Shown here piece by piece: positions 13,793 to 23,929 of a stretch of 64,000 nt of DNA. Below the pieces are notes generated by a model. The model saw only the letters and a program-made list of their open reading frames with translations, was not told the origin of the DNA and did not search any database. Source of the DNA: an uncultured Chloroflexia bacterium (GTDB lineage Bacteria; Chloroflexota; Chloroflexia; Thermomicrobiales; UBA6265); assembly GCA_963724295.1 (NCBI GenBank), contig CAVRUC010000006.1:1-64000 (forward strand), in the 5' to 3' direction. Within the stretch, counting starts at the first letter, position 1. Each line of letters starts with the position of its first letter. The translations under genes and the position numbers were made by a program.

Positions 13793-14575
13793 TCAGACCT
13801 CTTCGGGTAGATCACGATCGAACAGGCAGCCATAGCCGGTTACAGGCGCGCGGGTCCCGGCCAGACGCAGAAGATGCCAGAGGAGAACCTGGTTCGCGGT
13901 GAGGACGGGGATGCGCAGGTCTTCCTCCAGGGCCTGGATGACACCGACCGCGCGAAAGCCGTTGCCACCGATGTAGACCGCGTCGGCCTCGGCCGGCACG
14001 TGCTCGCGCACCCACGCGAAGAGCTGACCGGGGTTGATGGCCAGCTGCTCACTGGGGAGACCGGCCGGCTTCGCATGCACGATCTCGAACCCCTGAGTAC
14101 GGAAATACTCGACGCCCAGGGCCGTGAGCTCCGGCGAGAACCAGGGTGGATCGACGAGGGCGACCCGGCGGGCGCCCACCGCGCGTAGCCCCAGCACCGC
14201 CGAGGTTGAACAAATCGCAACCGGGATGCCTCGGGTGCGGCGCTCCAGGCGAGCGCGCAGAGACTCGTCGTCCGCGGCGCCGCGGACGTAGCTGGAGCTG
14301 GTGAAGGCGAAGCCGATGGCGTGCAGTGGGGCGGCGGCCAGCAGTTCCGCCGCGTCGTCGACCAGCGGCGGGTGGGCGAAGGCACGCACCGGCTCCAATG
14401 CGATCGTGGCATCCATCAGGCCACCGGCCCGCATCACCTCCAGCGGGACGCGCGTGGCGTGGATGGAAACGCCCTCGGGCGCCATCGCGGCAAGCTCAGA
14501 CTCGGAACCGATGGCCGCGTGCGGGACGAGAATGCCGAGCCGGGCACGAAAACTCCACCCATCCGGCTGCCACAT
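13793..14575 (-). CDS. maleate isomerase / arylmalonate decarboxylase-like (Asp/Glu racemase fold) protein
   Basis: RLGILVP, GVSIHATRV, LEEDLRIPVLTANQVLLW. The canonical catalytic Cys positions appear replaced (FTSS, GGNG). Confidence 0.8.
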   Translation of the reverse strand: MWQPDGWSFRARLGILVPHAAIGSESELAAMAPEGVSIHATRVPLEVMRAGGLMDATIALEPVRAFAHPPLVDDAAELLAAAPLHAIGFAFTSSSYVRGAADDESLRARLERRTRGIPVAICSTSAVLGLRAVGARRVALVDPPWFSPELTALGVEYFRTQGFEIVHAKPAGLPSEQLAINPGQLFAWVREHVPAEADAVYIGGNGFRAVGVIQALEEDLRIPVLTANQVLLWHLLRLAGTRAPVTGYGCLFDRDLPEEV

Positions 14576-14812
14576 GGCTGTCCTCCCCGGATTCATCCTC
14601 CGACCTCTGCCCGAGCATAAGGCGGAACCAGTTGCACCACTGGGAAGCGCTCCGGAGGCGCTGGCGAATGGACCCGTGAACGGCAGGGACCGACGGTGCA
14701 CGCCTCCGACCTGCGATAGAATGCTCACCAGATCCTGGTCACAAGCCAAATCAAGGCAATGAGGGTAGCCGCCTCCGTCGGATCACGTCGATTGCCGAAC
14801 CAGGGGGATGTT

Positions 14813-16111
14813 GTGAACGATCAGCCCGATCAGCAGAGCTTCGTCGCCTCATTGACGCGCCGCGACGTGGTGGCGAGAGGTCTTGCCCTCTCCGCCGGTG
14901 GCGCCATGCTCGCCGGAACATTCCGTGCCGCCTCCGCCGCGCCGCACCGCCAGGCGACGCCGGTGGCGGGGACGCCGGGTGATCAGGCCGAAGCGATTGT
15001 TGCCATCGCCCGGGACATCATGGAGCAGCAAGACGTCAAGGCGGTGATTCTGCGTGTGACCATCGACGGGCAGGAGATCGTCACCGAAGCGCTGGGCGAA
15101 TCGATGACGGGGGTGCCGGCGACGACGGAGATGCACTTCCGCAACGGCGCCGTTGCCTTCTTCTACGTCGCCACGCTGCTGCTGCGGCTAGTGGACCAGA
15201 AGGTGGTCACGCTCGATGATCCGCTCTCGAACTGGCTGCCCGACCTGCGCGATGCCGACAAGGCCACGCTGCGCATGCTGGCCAACTTGACAGCGGGCTA
15301 CCCCGATTTCGTGCAGAACGCGGAGTTCGTAAGTGCCATCTACGCCGATCCATTTCGGCAGTGGACCCCCGAGGAACAGATCGCGATCAGCGTCTCGACG
15401 CCGCAGGTCTTCGCTCCCGGTACAAACTGGGACTACTCGCACACCGACTATGTCATCCTGGGACAGGCCCTCGAGAAGATCACCGGTCAGCCGCTGGACG
15501 TCGCGCTGCAGGAACAAGTCCTCGGCCCCATGGGCTTACGCAACACCGTCGGCTGGTCGACGCCAGAGATTACGGAGCCGGTGCTGCACGCCTTCAGCTC
15601 GGAGCGGCGGGAACCTCTTGGGATCCCCGCCGGCAAGCGCTTCTACGAGGAATCAACCTACTGGAATCCGTCCTGGTCCTTCGCCCAGGGCGCCATCCAG
15701 ACCACCAACATCGTCGACATGATCACGACGGCAGTGGCCGTGGGTGAGGGTACTGTGCTGTCGCCGGAGTCCCACCAGGCGCAGATTGCTCCCGATCTGC
15801 TCGGCTTCGGCAAACCGCTGCCGGGCTGCCCAGCCTGCCACACCCTCGACGAGACGTACAACTACGGACTCGGTGTCGTCCTCACCAACTCCTGGATCCT
15901 GCAGAACCCGCTCTTTGCCGGTTACGGCGCGGTGACCGGCTACCTGCCCGCCGAGAAGATCGCCATCGCGGTGGCCACGACTTATGGCGAGGGAGCGTTC
16001 GACGACCAGGGCAACTACAAGTACTCCAGCCATCAGGAGATCTTCGGCGCTATCGGCACCCACCTCGCGCCGGACCACCCGCTACCGAAGCCCTCAAACA
16101 CGCAGGCCTGA
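14813..16111 (+). CDS. Tat-exported beta-lactamase-fold (serine hydrolase domain) protein
   Basis: LTRRDVV Tat motif; LDDPLSNWLP, FAPGTNWDYSH, LGPMGLRNT. The SxxK position reads AVAF. Confidence 0.85.
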   Translation: MNDQPDQQSFVASLTRRDVVARGLALSAGGAMLAGTFRAASAAPHRQATPVAGTPGDQAEAIVAIARDIMEQQDVKAVILRVTIDGQEIVTEALGESMTGVPATTEMHFRNGAVAFFYVATLLLRLVDQKVVTLDDPLSNWLPDLRDADKATLRMLANLTAGYPDFVQNAEFVSAIYADPFRQWTPEEQIAISVSTPQVFAPGTNWDYSHTDYVILGQALEKITGQPLDVALQEQVLGPMGLRNTVGWSTPEITEPVLHAFSSERREPLGIPAGKRFYEESTYWNPSWSFAQGAIQTTNIVDMITTAVAVGEGTVLSPESHQAQIAPDLLGFGKPLPGCPACHTLDETYNYGLGVVLTNSWILQNPLFAGYGAVTGYLPAEKIAIAVATTYGEGAFDDQGNYKYSSHQEIFGAIGTHLAPDHPLPKPSNTQA

Positions 16112-16403
16112 AGGCGGCCCCGAGACGAGTGGATAGCACTGTAGGGACCGCACTCGTGCACCGGGATCGGTCTGGCGCTCATCGGAGTTGAGACCGACTC
16201 GGGAGAGTCTCGACATCGGTTCCGCGTTACGATGCCCTCACGCGGGCGCGTTCGGATGCCAAAGAGGCGATCAACCAGGGCAAGGAGTTGGCACTGGACC
16301 GGCATGGGTTCGGCACGGTGGCCCCAGCGTCGATGGCTCGCCCTCTTCTGGTCGATAGCCGTGCGGCTGGCGATGGGCGCCGGCTCGGGCGCCGGGGCAC
16401 CGC

Positions 16404-17656
16404 GTGATCGCAACACTGCGCAGCCGCGATTTTGCGTTGCTCTGGACGGCAGGGCTGATCTCGGTCGCCGGCGACTTCGCGCTCCTCATCGCGCTGCCGC
16501 TTCATGCCTACGCGCTGACCGGGTCCGCCGTCGCCACCGGCGGCGTCTTCGCCGCCTCCCTCCTGCCCCAGGTCCTCCTCGGGTCGGTCGCCGGGGTCTT
16601 CGTCGATCGCTGGGACCGGAAGCGGACGATGGTGGCGGCCGATCTCTTGCGCGCCGCGCTCCTCCTGCCGCTGCTGGCCGTCGGATCGCCCGATCTGCTC
16701 TGGCTGCTCTACCTGGTGCGCGCGGCCACCGGTGTCGGCGGGCTCATCTTCGACCCGGCCGAATCAGCTCTCCTGCCTCGCCTGGTAGGCGAAGAGCGGT
16801 TGGTCACCGCCAACGCCCTCAATGCACTCAACAACAACATCGGCCGTCTCGTCGGGCCGGTGGCCGGTGGGTTGCTCTATGCCGGCGGGGGACTGCCGGC
16901 GGTGGTCATCGTCGACGCGGCGAGTTTCGCCCTCTCGGCGGCGCTCATCATGGCCATCCGGACCAGCGCGCGACCCGAGCGCGACGATCCAGGGGACGGG
17001 GCATCGGCGTGGGGCAGGATGGTTCACGAGTGGCGGGCAGGGTTGCGGCTTGTCGGCCAGGATCGAGCGCTGCGAACCATCTTCATTGCCACCGGGCTCG
17101 GCATGCTCGGTGAGGGCACCTTCAGCGTCGGCTTCACGCCATTGGTCATCGACGTCCTCGAGGGCGGCGCGGCGGGCGCGGGCGTCCTGGCGTCGGCGCA
17201 AGCGATCGGCGGTCTGCTGGCGGGCGTGCTGGTCGCTCGCGCCGCGCTCAAGATCTCGGCGCGGCTACTGCTCGGCGACCGGCATGATCGGCCTGGGACT
17301 GACCGATCTCGGTGTGGCCAACGCCGCGATGCTGGCGCCACCGGGAGCAGGGGCGATGGCGGTAGGATCAACATTCATGCTCCTGGCCGGATTTCCGGTC
17401 GTAGCCTCCTCCGCGGCCCGGGATGGCCTGCTACAGACCATGACGGCGGACGCCTTCCGGGGGCGCGTGTTCGGGGCACTGGGGGCGATTCAGGGGATGG
17501 CGATCCTGGTCGGGCTGACGCTAGGGGCGGCCGCGATCGACGCCATCGGGGTCGTACCCGTGGTAAGCGTGGGCGCGGCGATGTGGATCGTGGGCGGCAT
17601 CTTCGCCCTGACACGACTTTCCAGAGCGAGACGTCGGGACGAGGAGTCTGGTTTGA
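16404..17656 (+). CDS. MFS transporter (MFS_3 / macrolide-efflux-like), frameshift near 17275; 3' end approximate
   Basis: RDFALLW, GVFVDRWDRKRTMV motif A, ANAL, FRGRVFG in the second frame. Confidence 0.85.
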
Positions 17657-17658
17657 AC

Positions 17659-18489
17659 ATGGACGAAAGTGATGCCCAAGCACGTCTCGCCGATGAGGTG
17701 CGCGACATCTGGGACGCCAAGGCCGCGTTCTGGGACGAGCGCATGGGAGAAGGCAATGCGTTTCAGCTGGAGATGATCAGCCCCGCGGTCGAGCGCCTCC
17801 TCGCGGTACGCCCCGGCGAGCGCATTCTCGACGCCGGCTGCGGCAACGGTATCTCCTCCCGCCGGCTGGCACGCCTCGGCGCCCGCGTCGTGGCGATCGA
17901 TTACAGCGCCCGGTTTCTGGAGTTGGCGCGATCGCGCTCGCAGGGTCTCGCGGACCGTATCGAGTACCGGCTGGTCGATGCGACGGACGAGGATCAGCTC
18001 CTGGCATTGGGTGAAGGTCGCTTCGACGCGCTGGTGTGCAACATGGTCCTCATGGACCTGCCGGTCATCGACCCGCTGTTGCGGGCCGGCAGACGGCTGC
18101 TGGCGCCGGGTGGGCGGTTCGTCTTCGCCGTGCTGCACCCGGCCTTCAACAGCAATGCCGTGCGCTTTTGTACCGAGACAGTGACCGCGATGACGGGATC
18201 GAAGTTACGCGGCACGCCGTGAAGATGAGCGACTACCTCGCGGTTCCGGCCGGGAAGGGAACGGCGGATGCCCGGTGAGCCGGTGCCCAATTGGTACTTT
18301 CACCGGCCTCTGCACGAGCTCCTCGGCGCATTCTTTCGGGCTGGGTTCGTCCTCGATGGACTGGAGGAGCCCGCGCTCGAGCCGCGGGACGCAAATCCGC
18401 ACGAGCTCTCGTGGCGCAACGTGCCGGGCATCCCGCCCGTCCTCGTGGCACGCTTCATACCGCACCCGGTGAGAGCTGAAGAAGCGTGA
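17659..18489 (+). CDS. class I SAM-dependent methyltransferase, frameshifts near 18185 and 18265
   Basis: GAGGAG RBS; ILDAGCGNG, LAPGGRFVFAVLHPAF and YFHRPLHELL...GFVLDGLEEP in a later frame. Confidence 0.85.
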
Positions 18490-18512
18490 TTGCGGACCCA
18501 GGACCGCGAGCA

Positions 18513-20666
18513 ATGTCTTCTTTGTGGACCGATCGCCAGCATTCCCGAAACGGGCTATTCCATCGCGAAAATACTCGCTATTCTTGTGACGGACAGGGAA
18601 GCATCATCAGCGGCTCAGCTCAGGAACCTCGCCCGTGCAGAACGCGACGGACAATCTCGCGGTCTTCCTCGATCACGTCGGTGACGGCGTCACCGTGCAG
18701 GATCCCAGTGGGCGGCTTGTCTACGCGAATGCCGCGGCGGCTCAGGCTCTTGGGTTTGCCAGTCGCAGGCGAGCTCCTTGCCGCGCCAGCCGGCGAGGTC
18801 GTGGGGCGATTCGATCTCTTCGATGAGGACGGCCAGCCGTTCCCGGTCGAGAACTTGCCGGGTCGGCGGGCACTGCGGGGCGAACCCGAGTCCGCCGTCA
18901 CCCTCCGCTTCCGCGTGCAGGAGACGGGCGAAGAGCGCTGGTCGATTGTCCGCTCCTCGCCGGTGACCGATGCCGCGGGCAATGTGCTGTACGCGGTCAA
19001 CGTCTGGCAGGACGCTACGGCGCAAAGGCGGGCCGAAGCCGCCCAGCGGTTCCTGGCCGAAGCCGGAGAGGCGCTCGCCACCTCGCTCGACGTCGAAGCG
19101 ACATTGGCAAACATCGCGCGACTCGCCGTGCCGCGTCTCGCCGACTGGTGCGTCGTGCATCTGGTCCGGGAGGACGGGTCGGTGTCGCCACTCGCGGTCG
19201 CTCACATCGATCCCGAGCGAGTTGCCTGGGCGCGCCGGCTGCAGGAGCAGTACCCCGCCGACCCTGATGTCGATCAGGGCGTAGTCCGCGCCGTGCGTAC
19301 CGGGCGCCCCGAGCTCGTTCCCGAGGTGACCGATGCGATGCTCGTCTCGGTCGCTCGCGATCCTGAGCACCTCGCCATGTTGCGACTCGTTGGGCTGACC
19401 TCAGCGATGATCGTGCCTATGATCGCCCGGGAACGTTCGGTTGGCGCGATCTCGTTCGCGGCCGCTGAATCGGGGCATCGCTACGACGAACAGGACCTGG
19501 AGCTCACCCAGGAGCTGGCGCGGCGCGCCGCGCTGGCAGTCGACAATGCCCGCCTGTACGACGCCGAGCGGGCCGCGCGTCTCCAGGCGGAAGAGGCGCA
19601 GGTCCGGTTCCGGGGTCTGTTCGAAGGTGTTCCGGACGCGATTCTGGTTATTGACGCGGGGGGCCGCTTTATCGAAGCCAACGCGGCCGCCTGCCGGATG
19701 CTCGGGTACGACCTGGACGCCCTGCTCACGATGGGGATGGTCGATCTCTTCTCCAGCTCAGACGTGGCCGAGGCCCAGATCGCGAGATTCGGGGTAGCGG
19801 AAGCGTGGCGCACCGAGAGCGAGCTCCAGCGTCGTGACGGCACCAAGGTTCCCGTGGAGATCTGGTCCCGGAGACTCGATCTGCCCACCGGTCCGATCGG
19901 TCTTTCCGTCGTGCGCGATATCTCCGCACAACTCGAGGCCGATCAGATTCGGGAAGAGGTATTGACGGCCATCTCGCACGACCTGCGCAGCCCCCTCAAC
20001 TCGATCAAGCTCCATGCACAGTCGCTGCAGCGATTGCTGCGCCGGGGCGAGACACCGGATCCGAAGCGGCTCGATGACGGTTTGTCCGCGATCGACATGA
20101 TGAGCACGCGGGTGGCCTTCCTTCTGGACGACGTCGTCGACATGGCGCGAGACCGCAGTCACCTGGGCGTCCCGTTCGAGCCCGAGCCAATGGACCTTGT
20201 CGAGCTGGCGCACCGCTGCGCGGAAGAGGTCAGGACCTCCGCTGGCCGTGACCTCGAGGTGCAGGTTGAGGCAGCGGTAGAGACGGTCGTGGGTCTCTGG
20301 GATCCGCGGGGCATCGAGCGGGTGGTGTCCAATCTGCTGACCAACGCGATCAAGTACAGCCCACACGGGGGCCTGGTGCGGGTCCGGGTCGAGCGCGTCG
20401 GGGAAGACGCCACGCCTCTCGCCCGGCTGGTGGTACAGGACGAAGGGATCGGCATCCCCGCCACCGACCTGTCGCAGATCTTCGAGCGCTACCGGCGCGG
20501 CCGCAACGTCGGAAAGATCTCCGGCACCGGGATCGGGCTGACCGGCGCCAAGCAGATCGTAGAGCGACACAGGGGAGCGATCGACGTAGCGAGCACCGAG
20601 GGCGCCGGGACGCGGGTGACCGTTTCGCTGCCCCTCGAACCACCGGCGGCTAACCGCCCGGGCTGA
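18513..20666 (+). CDS. PAS/GAF sensor histidine kinase (5' region frameshifted)
   Basis: PAS and GAF (LADWC, ELARRAALAVDNARLY); ISHDLRSPL H-box, NLLTNAIKYS, DEGIGI, GTGIGL. Confidence 0.92.
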   Translation: MSSLWTDRQHSRNGLFHRENTRYSCDGQGSIISGSAQEPRPCRTRRTISRSSSITSVTASPCRIPVGGLSTRMPRRLRLLGLPVAGELLAAPAGEVVGRFDLFDEDGQPFPVENLPGRRALRGEPESAVTLRFRVQETGEERWSIVRSSPVTDAAGNVLYAVNVWQDATAQRRAEAAQRFLAEAGEALATSLDVEATLANIARLAVPRLADWCVVHLVREDGSVSPLAVAHIDPERVAWARRLQEQYPADPDVDQGVVRAVRTGRPELVPEVTDAMLVSVARDPEHLAMLRLVGLTSAMIVPMIARERSVGAISFAAAESGHRYDEQDLELTQELARRAALAVDNARLYDAERAARLQAEEAQVRFRGLFEGVPDAILVIDAGGRFIEANAAACRMLGYDLDALLTMGMVDLFSSSDVAEAQIARFGVAEAWRTESELQRRDGTKVPVEIWSRRLDLPTGPIGLSVVRDISAQLEADQIREEVLTAISHDLRSPLNSIKLHAQSLQRLLRRGETPDPKRLDDGLSAIDMMSTRVAFLLDDVVDMARDRSHLGVPFEPEPMDLVELAHRCAEEVRTSAGRDLEVQVEAAVETVVGLWDPRGIERVVSNLLTNAIKYSPHGGLVRVRVERVGEDATPLARLVVQDEGIGIPATDLSQIFERYRRGRNVGKISGTGIGLTGAKQIVERHRGAIDVASTEGAGTRVTVSLPLEPPAANRPG

Positions 20667-20674
20667 CCATTGAC

Positions 20675-21658
20675 TTAGCGGTGCTGGGTCACGCCGATCG
20701 TCAGTCGTTCGATGGTTGCCTGCGCGACGGCCACCAGGTCATATCGCAGGTCATCCGGGGCAATGATCTCCACCTCGGGCGCCAGCGCCAGCAGGGCAGC
20801 GATGGCCACGCGCCGGTCGTCGAACAGCAGCGTTTGCTCGACCCAGCCATCATTATCAGGCGGATCCTCCGCAACCGACCGGGGCGAGAGGCCACCGAGA
20901 TCGTCCCGGTGTCGCTGGGCGAGTGGTCCCAGCCGGACGCGGGCCGAAAAGATCGGCAAGCTCGCGGCGTAGTCGATTTCCCAACTCTCCCAGAACCTCG
21001 CCAAATCAAAGTCATCAGGGCGACGCGACGCGGTTTCTGTCTCCTGGACAGCCAGGATGCGGTCGACACGGAAGACCCGCGTGTCTCCATCGTGAATGGC
21101 CACGAGATACCAAACGCCGGTCTTGTGGACCAGCCCAAGCGGGTCGAGCGTGCGCCGGGTTGCCTTGCCATCAGGGCGGCGGTAGCTGACCTCTAACCGC
21201 CGGTCATTCCAGACCGCCCGGGCCACGGCCTTCAGGTGACGGTCATCGCGGGGGCGGTCGTGCTCCCAGCCACCGGGATCGAGGTAAAAACGTCCTTCGG
21301 CGCGCGTCGCGGTTTCGCGCAGCGCCGGCGGCACGGCGGCCAGGAGTTTGAGCCGTGTCGCCGCCAGGAGAGAGCCGAGGCCAAGTTCGGCGGCTGGACC
21401 GGGAGCGCCGGATATGAGCAAGGCGCCAGCTTCTTCCGCTGTGAGTCCGGTGAGGTTCGTGCGGTAGCCGTCGAGAAGCCGGTAACCCCCGCCTTTTCCT
21501 CGCTCGCCATAGATCGGCACGCCCGCGGCGCCGAGCTCGAACAGATCCCGGTAAATGGTGCGCTCTGAGACCTCCAATTCCCCGGCAAGCTCGGCAGCGG
21601 TCAGCCGGCCGCGAGATTGAAGGTGGAGCAGGATGGAGACGAGCCGGGATGCGCGCAC
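20675..21658 (-). CDS. HTH_11-WYL transcriptional regulator (YafY-like)
   Basis: ELEVSERTIYRD, GGGYRL, GVWYLVA, RVFRVDRI. Confidence 0.93.
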   Translation of the reverse strand: MRASRLVSILLHLQSRGRLTAAELAGELEVSERTIYRDLFELGAAGVPIYGERGKGGGYRLLDGYRTNLTGLTAEEAGALLISGAPGPAAELGLGSLLAATRLKLLAAVPPALRETATRAEGRFYLDPGGWEHDRPRDDRHLKAVARAVWNDRRLEVSYRRPDGKATRRTLDPLGLVHKTGVWYLVAIHDGDTRVFRVDRILAVQETETASRRPDDFDLARFWESWEIDYAASLPIFSARVRLGPLAQRHRDDLGGLSPRSVAEDPPDNDGWVEQTLLFDDRRVAIAALLALAPEVEIIAPDDLRYDLVAVAQATIERLTIGVTQHR

Positions 21659-21678
21659 GACGGCAAAATCCGTTCGAC

Positions 21679-21714
21679 TACCTGCCATGAATTGTCAGTA
21701 TTGGAGCGTACCAT
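21679..21714 (+). promoter_or_regulatory. putative WYL-regulator operator and -10 box of the divergent hydrolase
   Basis: Imperfect inverted repeat TACCTGCCA-TGAAT-TGTCAGTA, followed by TACCAT at 21709-21714. Confidence 0.45.
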
Positions 21715-21753
21715 GGTCACAGGTGGATGGAGCAATCAGCAAAGGAGTAGCGG

Positions 21754-22539
21754 TTGGCGACCTACATTCTGGTTCCGGGAGCGTGGCTCGGCGGGTGGGC
21801 CTGGCGGGACGTTACGGCGCGGCTGCGGGCCAGGGGACATGACGTCTACCCGATCACCCTGACGGGGCTCGGCGAGCGCGTCCATTTGGCGAGGCCGGAG
21901 GTCGATCTCGAGACGCACATCACCGACGTCGTCAACACCATGCAATGGAACGATCTGAACGACGTGATCCTGGCCGGGCATAGCTACGCCGGCACCGTCA
22001 TCACCGGTGTCGCCGACCGCATCCCGGATCGAATCGCGCAGCTCGTCTATGTCGACTCTGCTCCGCTGGCGGACGGGATGGCCATGACCGATCTCTACCC
22101 GCCTGATGCATTGGCGGAATTGCGGCAGTCGGTCGACCAGACCGGTGAGGGCTGGCGCTGGCCCTTCCCCGGGTTCGAGGAGCTGGCGAAGAACGCCAGC
22201 ATTGCCGGGCTTGGGGACGATGAACAAGCGGCAATCGCGAATCGAGCCACGCCGCACCCATGGGCCACATACACCCAGCCGCTTCGCCTCCAGCACGCGG
22301 ACGCGGGGGACGCAGTGCCGTACCGGCGCGTCGCGCTCGCCTGCGACGACATGCGGGGGTTGATCGCGGCCGGGGTGCCGCAGATCGCCGTCATGGCAGC
22401 CCCACCGTGGCACTACCTGGAGCTGGAAACTGGACACTGGCCGATGTTCTCGGCGCCTGACGCGTTGGCCAATATGCTGGATGGGCTGGTAGCCGGCCGG
22501 GAGCCGATTGGTGGATCAAAGACCCAGGGAAGCTCGTAG
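21754..22539 (+). CDS. alpha/beta fold hydrolase (esterase-like)
   Basis: LVPGAWLGGW, GHSYAG nucleophile elbow, TGHWPM; AAAGGAG RBS. Confidence 0.9.
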   Translation: MATYILVPGAWLGGWAWRDVTARLRARGHDVYPITLTGLGERVHLARPEVDLETHITDVVNTMQWNDLNDVILAGHSYAGTVITGVADRIPDRIAQLVYVDSAPLADGMAMTDLYPPDALAELRQSVDQTGEGWRWPFPGFEELAKNASIAGLGDDEQAAIANRATPHPWATYTQPLRLQHADAGDAVPYRRVALACDDMRGLIAAGVPQIAVMAAPPWHYLELETGHWPMFSAPDALANMLDGLVAGREPIGGSKTQGSS

Positions 22540-22551
22540 GACTCCGATCGG

Positions 22552-22587
22552 GTGAACTTGATGAACTTGATGAACTTGATGAACTTC
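22552..22587 (+). repeat. tandem 9-mer (A/G)TGAACTT(G/C) x4
   Basis: gtgaacttg atgaacttg atgaacttg atgaacttc read directly. Confidence 0.9.
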
Positions 22588-22669
22588 GCAGGGGCTGGGG
22601 ACGGTGCTACGTTTGCGGCGGATTGCCAAAGAGGACGGGAGCCGGGAGATATCGGGAAGGTAGCGTGGA

Positions 22670-23255
22670 GTGCGGCTGATCGGCACGATCGTGCGACTCC
22701 AGATCCAGGAGTCGAGTCTGAAGGTCGGGGACAGACCCCGGCGTTATGACCCGGTGCCCATCCGGTCGGTGCCGGCCCTGCGCGTCAGCGCCGCCGGTGT
22801 GGTCGGTCTGGCGGAGAATGGGGAGACGATCGTCGACGTGCACCACCACGACCACCCGGCTTCGAAGAACCGCGGTGGCGAAAACGGGATATCGCTTGGC
22901 TTCACGGGCCATTACCTCGCAATGCGACAGCGGTTCGGTCAGCATCTGGCCGACGGCATTGCCGGGGAGAACATCCTGATCGAGGCTGACCGGCAATTTC
23001 AGGAAGAAGAGCTGGCCGCCGGCGTGGTTGTCGAAGGCACCGATGGGAGGCGGCTGGAGCTGCGGCCGCGTCATCGTGGCCGCTCCCTGCGTCGAGTTTT
23101 CCCGCTACGCCCTGAAGTTTCCGGAAGGCGCCCGGCCGGACGCCACGGTGACGGAGGCGTTGCGCTTTCTCGACGCGGGGATGCGCGGCTTCTACGCCAC
23201 CTACGAAGGCGAACCGGCCGTGGTCGAGGTAGGAGCCCGGGTGCTTCTGAACTGA
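22670..23255 (+). CDS. MOSC-like domain protein, frameshift near 23065
   Basis: GIAGENILIE, APCVEF, GMRGFYA and VEVGARV resemble MOSC motifs. Confidence 0.6.
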
Positions 23256-23276
23256 GCGAAACGGCCTTCGATCGCG

Positions 23277-23846
23277 TTACAACTCGAAGAGCGCGTCGAG
23301 GTCGATGGACACGTCAGGCAGCGATTCCGGGCGCACGATTCCCCCCCTGTAGACCGACTCGGCATAGGCGCCATCCGGTCTTCTCCGCCAAGCGGTCACG
23401 GTGCGCTCGTAGGGGTGGACGCGCCAGATCTCGAGATCGCCACGCCGCTGGTAGTCAGGCAACTTCTCGTTAATGTCGTACCCTCCCGTCGAGGGCGACC
23501 AAATCTCGATAACCAGTGGTAGCGGGTCGGCATAGGCGTCGAGACTACCGGGGTGCTCGCGAAGCGCTCGTACCGCCGGCGTTGGGATGACCGCGACATC
23601 CGGAATGTAGTAGGTGTCGGCGGATCGCCGCAGCCGAGCATGATTGGTTCGAATCCGATACTCGTTTCGGTCAAGCTGTTCATAGAGGAACGCGAGCAAG
23701 TTGTCCATGACGCCGCCGTGCTCGACGCTCATGCCCGGCTTTTCCCGCAGCTGACCACGGTACAACTCCCACTGGCCCTGTGGATCACCCAGCGCAAACT
23801 GCCGGTAGGCCTCCTCGCTCATCGTCTCGGTCTTGGTGATCGACAC
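23277..23846 (-). CDS. Uma2 family endonuclease
   Basis: WELYRGQL, IPDVAV, LVIEIWSPST, KLPDY. Confidence 0.9.
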   Translation of the reverse strand: MSITKTETMSEEAYRQFALGDPQGQWELYRGQLREKPGMSVEHGGVMDNLLAFLYEQLDRNEYRIRTNHARLRRSADTYYIPDVAVIPTPAVRALREHPGSLDAYADPLPLVIEIWSPSTGGYDINEKLPDYQRRGDLEIWRVHPYERTVTAWRRRPDGAYAESVYRGGIVRPESLPDVSIDLDALFEL

Positions 23847-23929
23847 GGGTAACTCCCCACGTGAGGCGTCGATGGTGCGCCGGGGCTCTTCTGATTGTAG
23901 CTGGCGGCCGTCATCAGCCGGGGTCGGGA

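Noticed and set aside
16822..18222. MFS-methyltransferase fusion
   Set aside because: The methyltransferase has its own GAGGAG RBS and ATG (17659), and the region has several indels.
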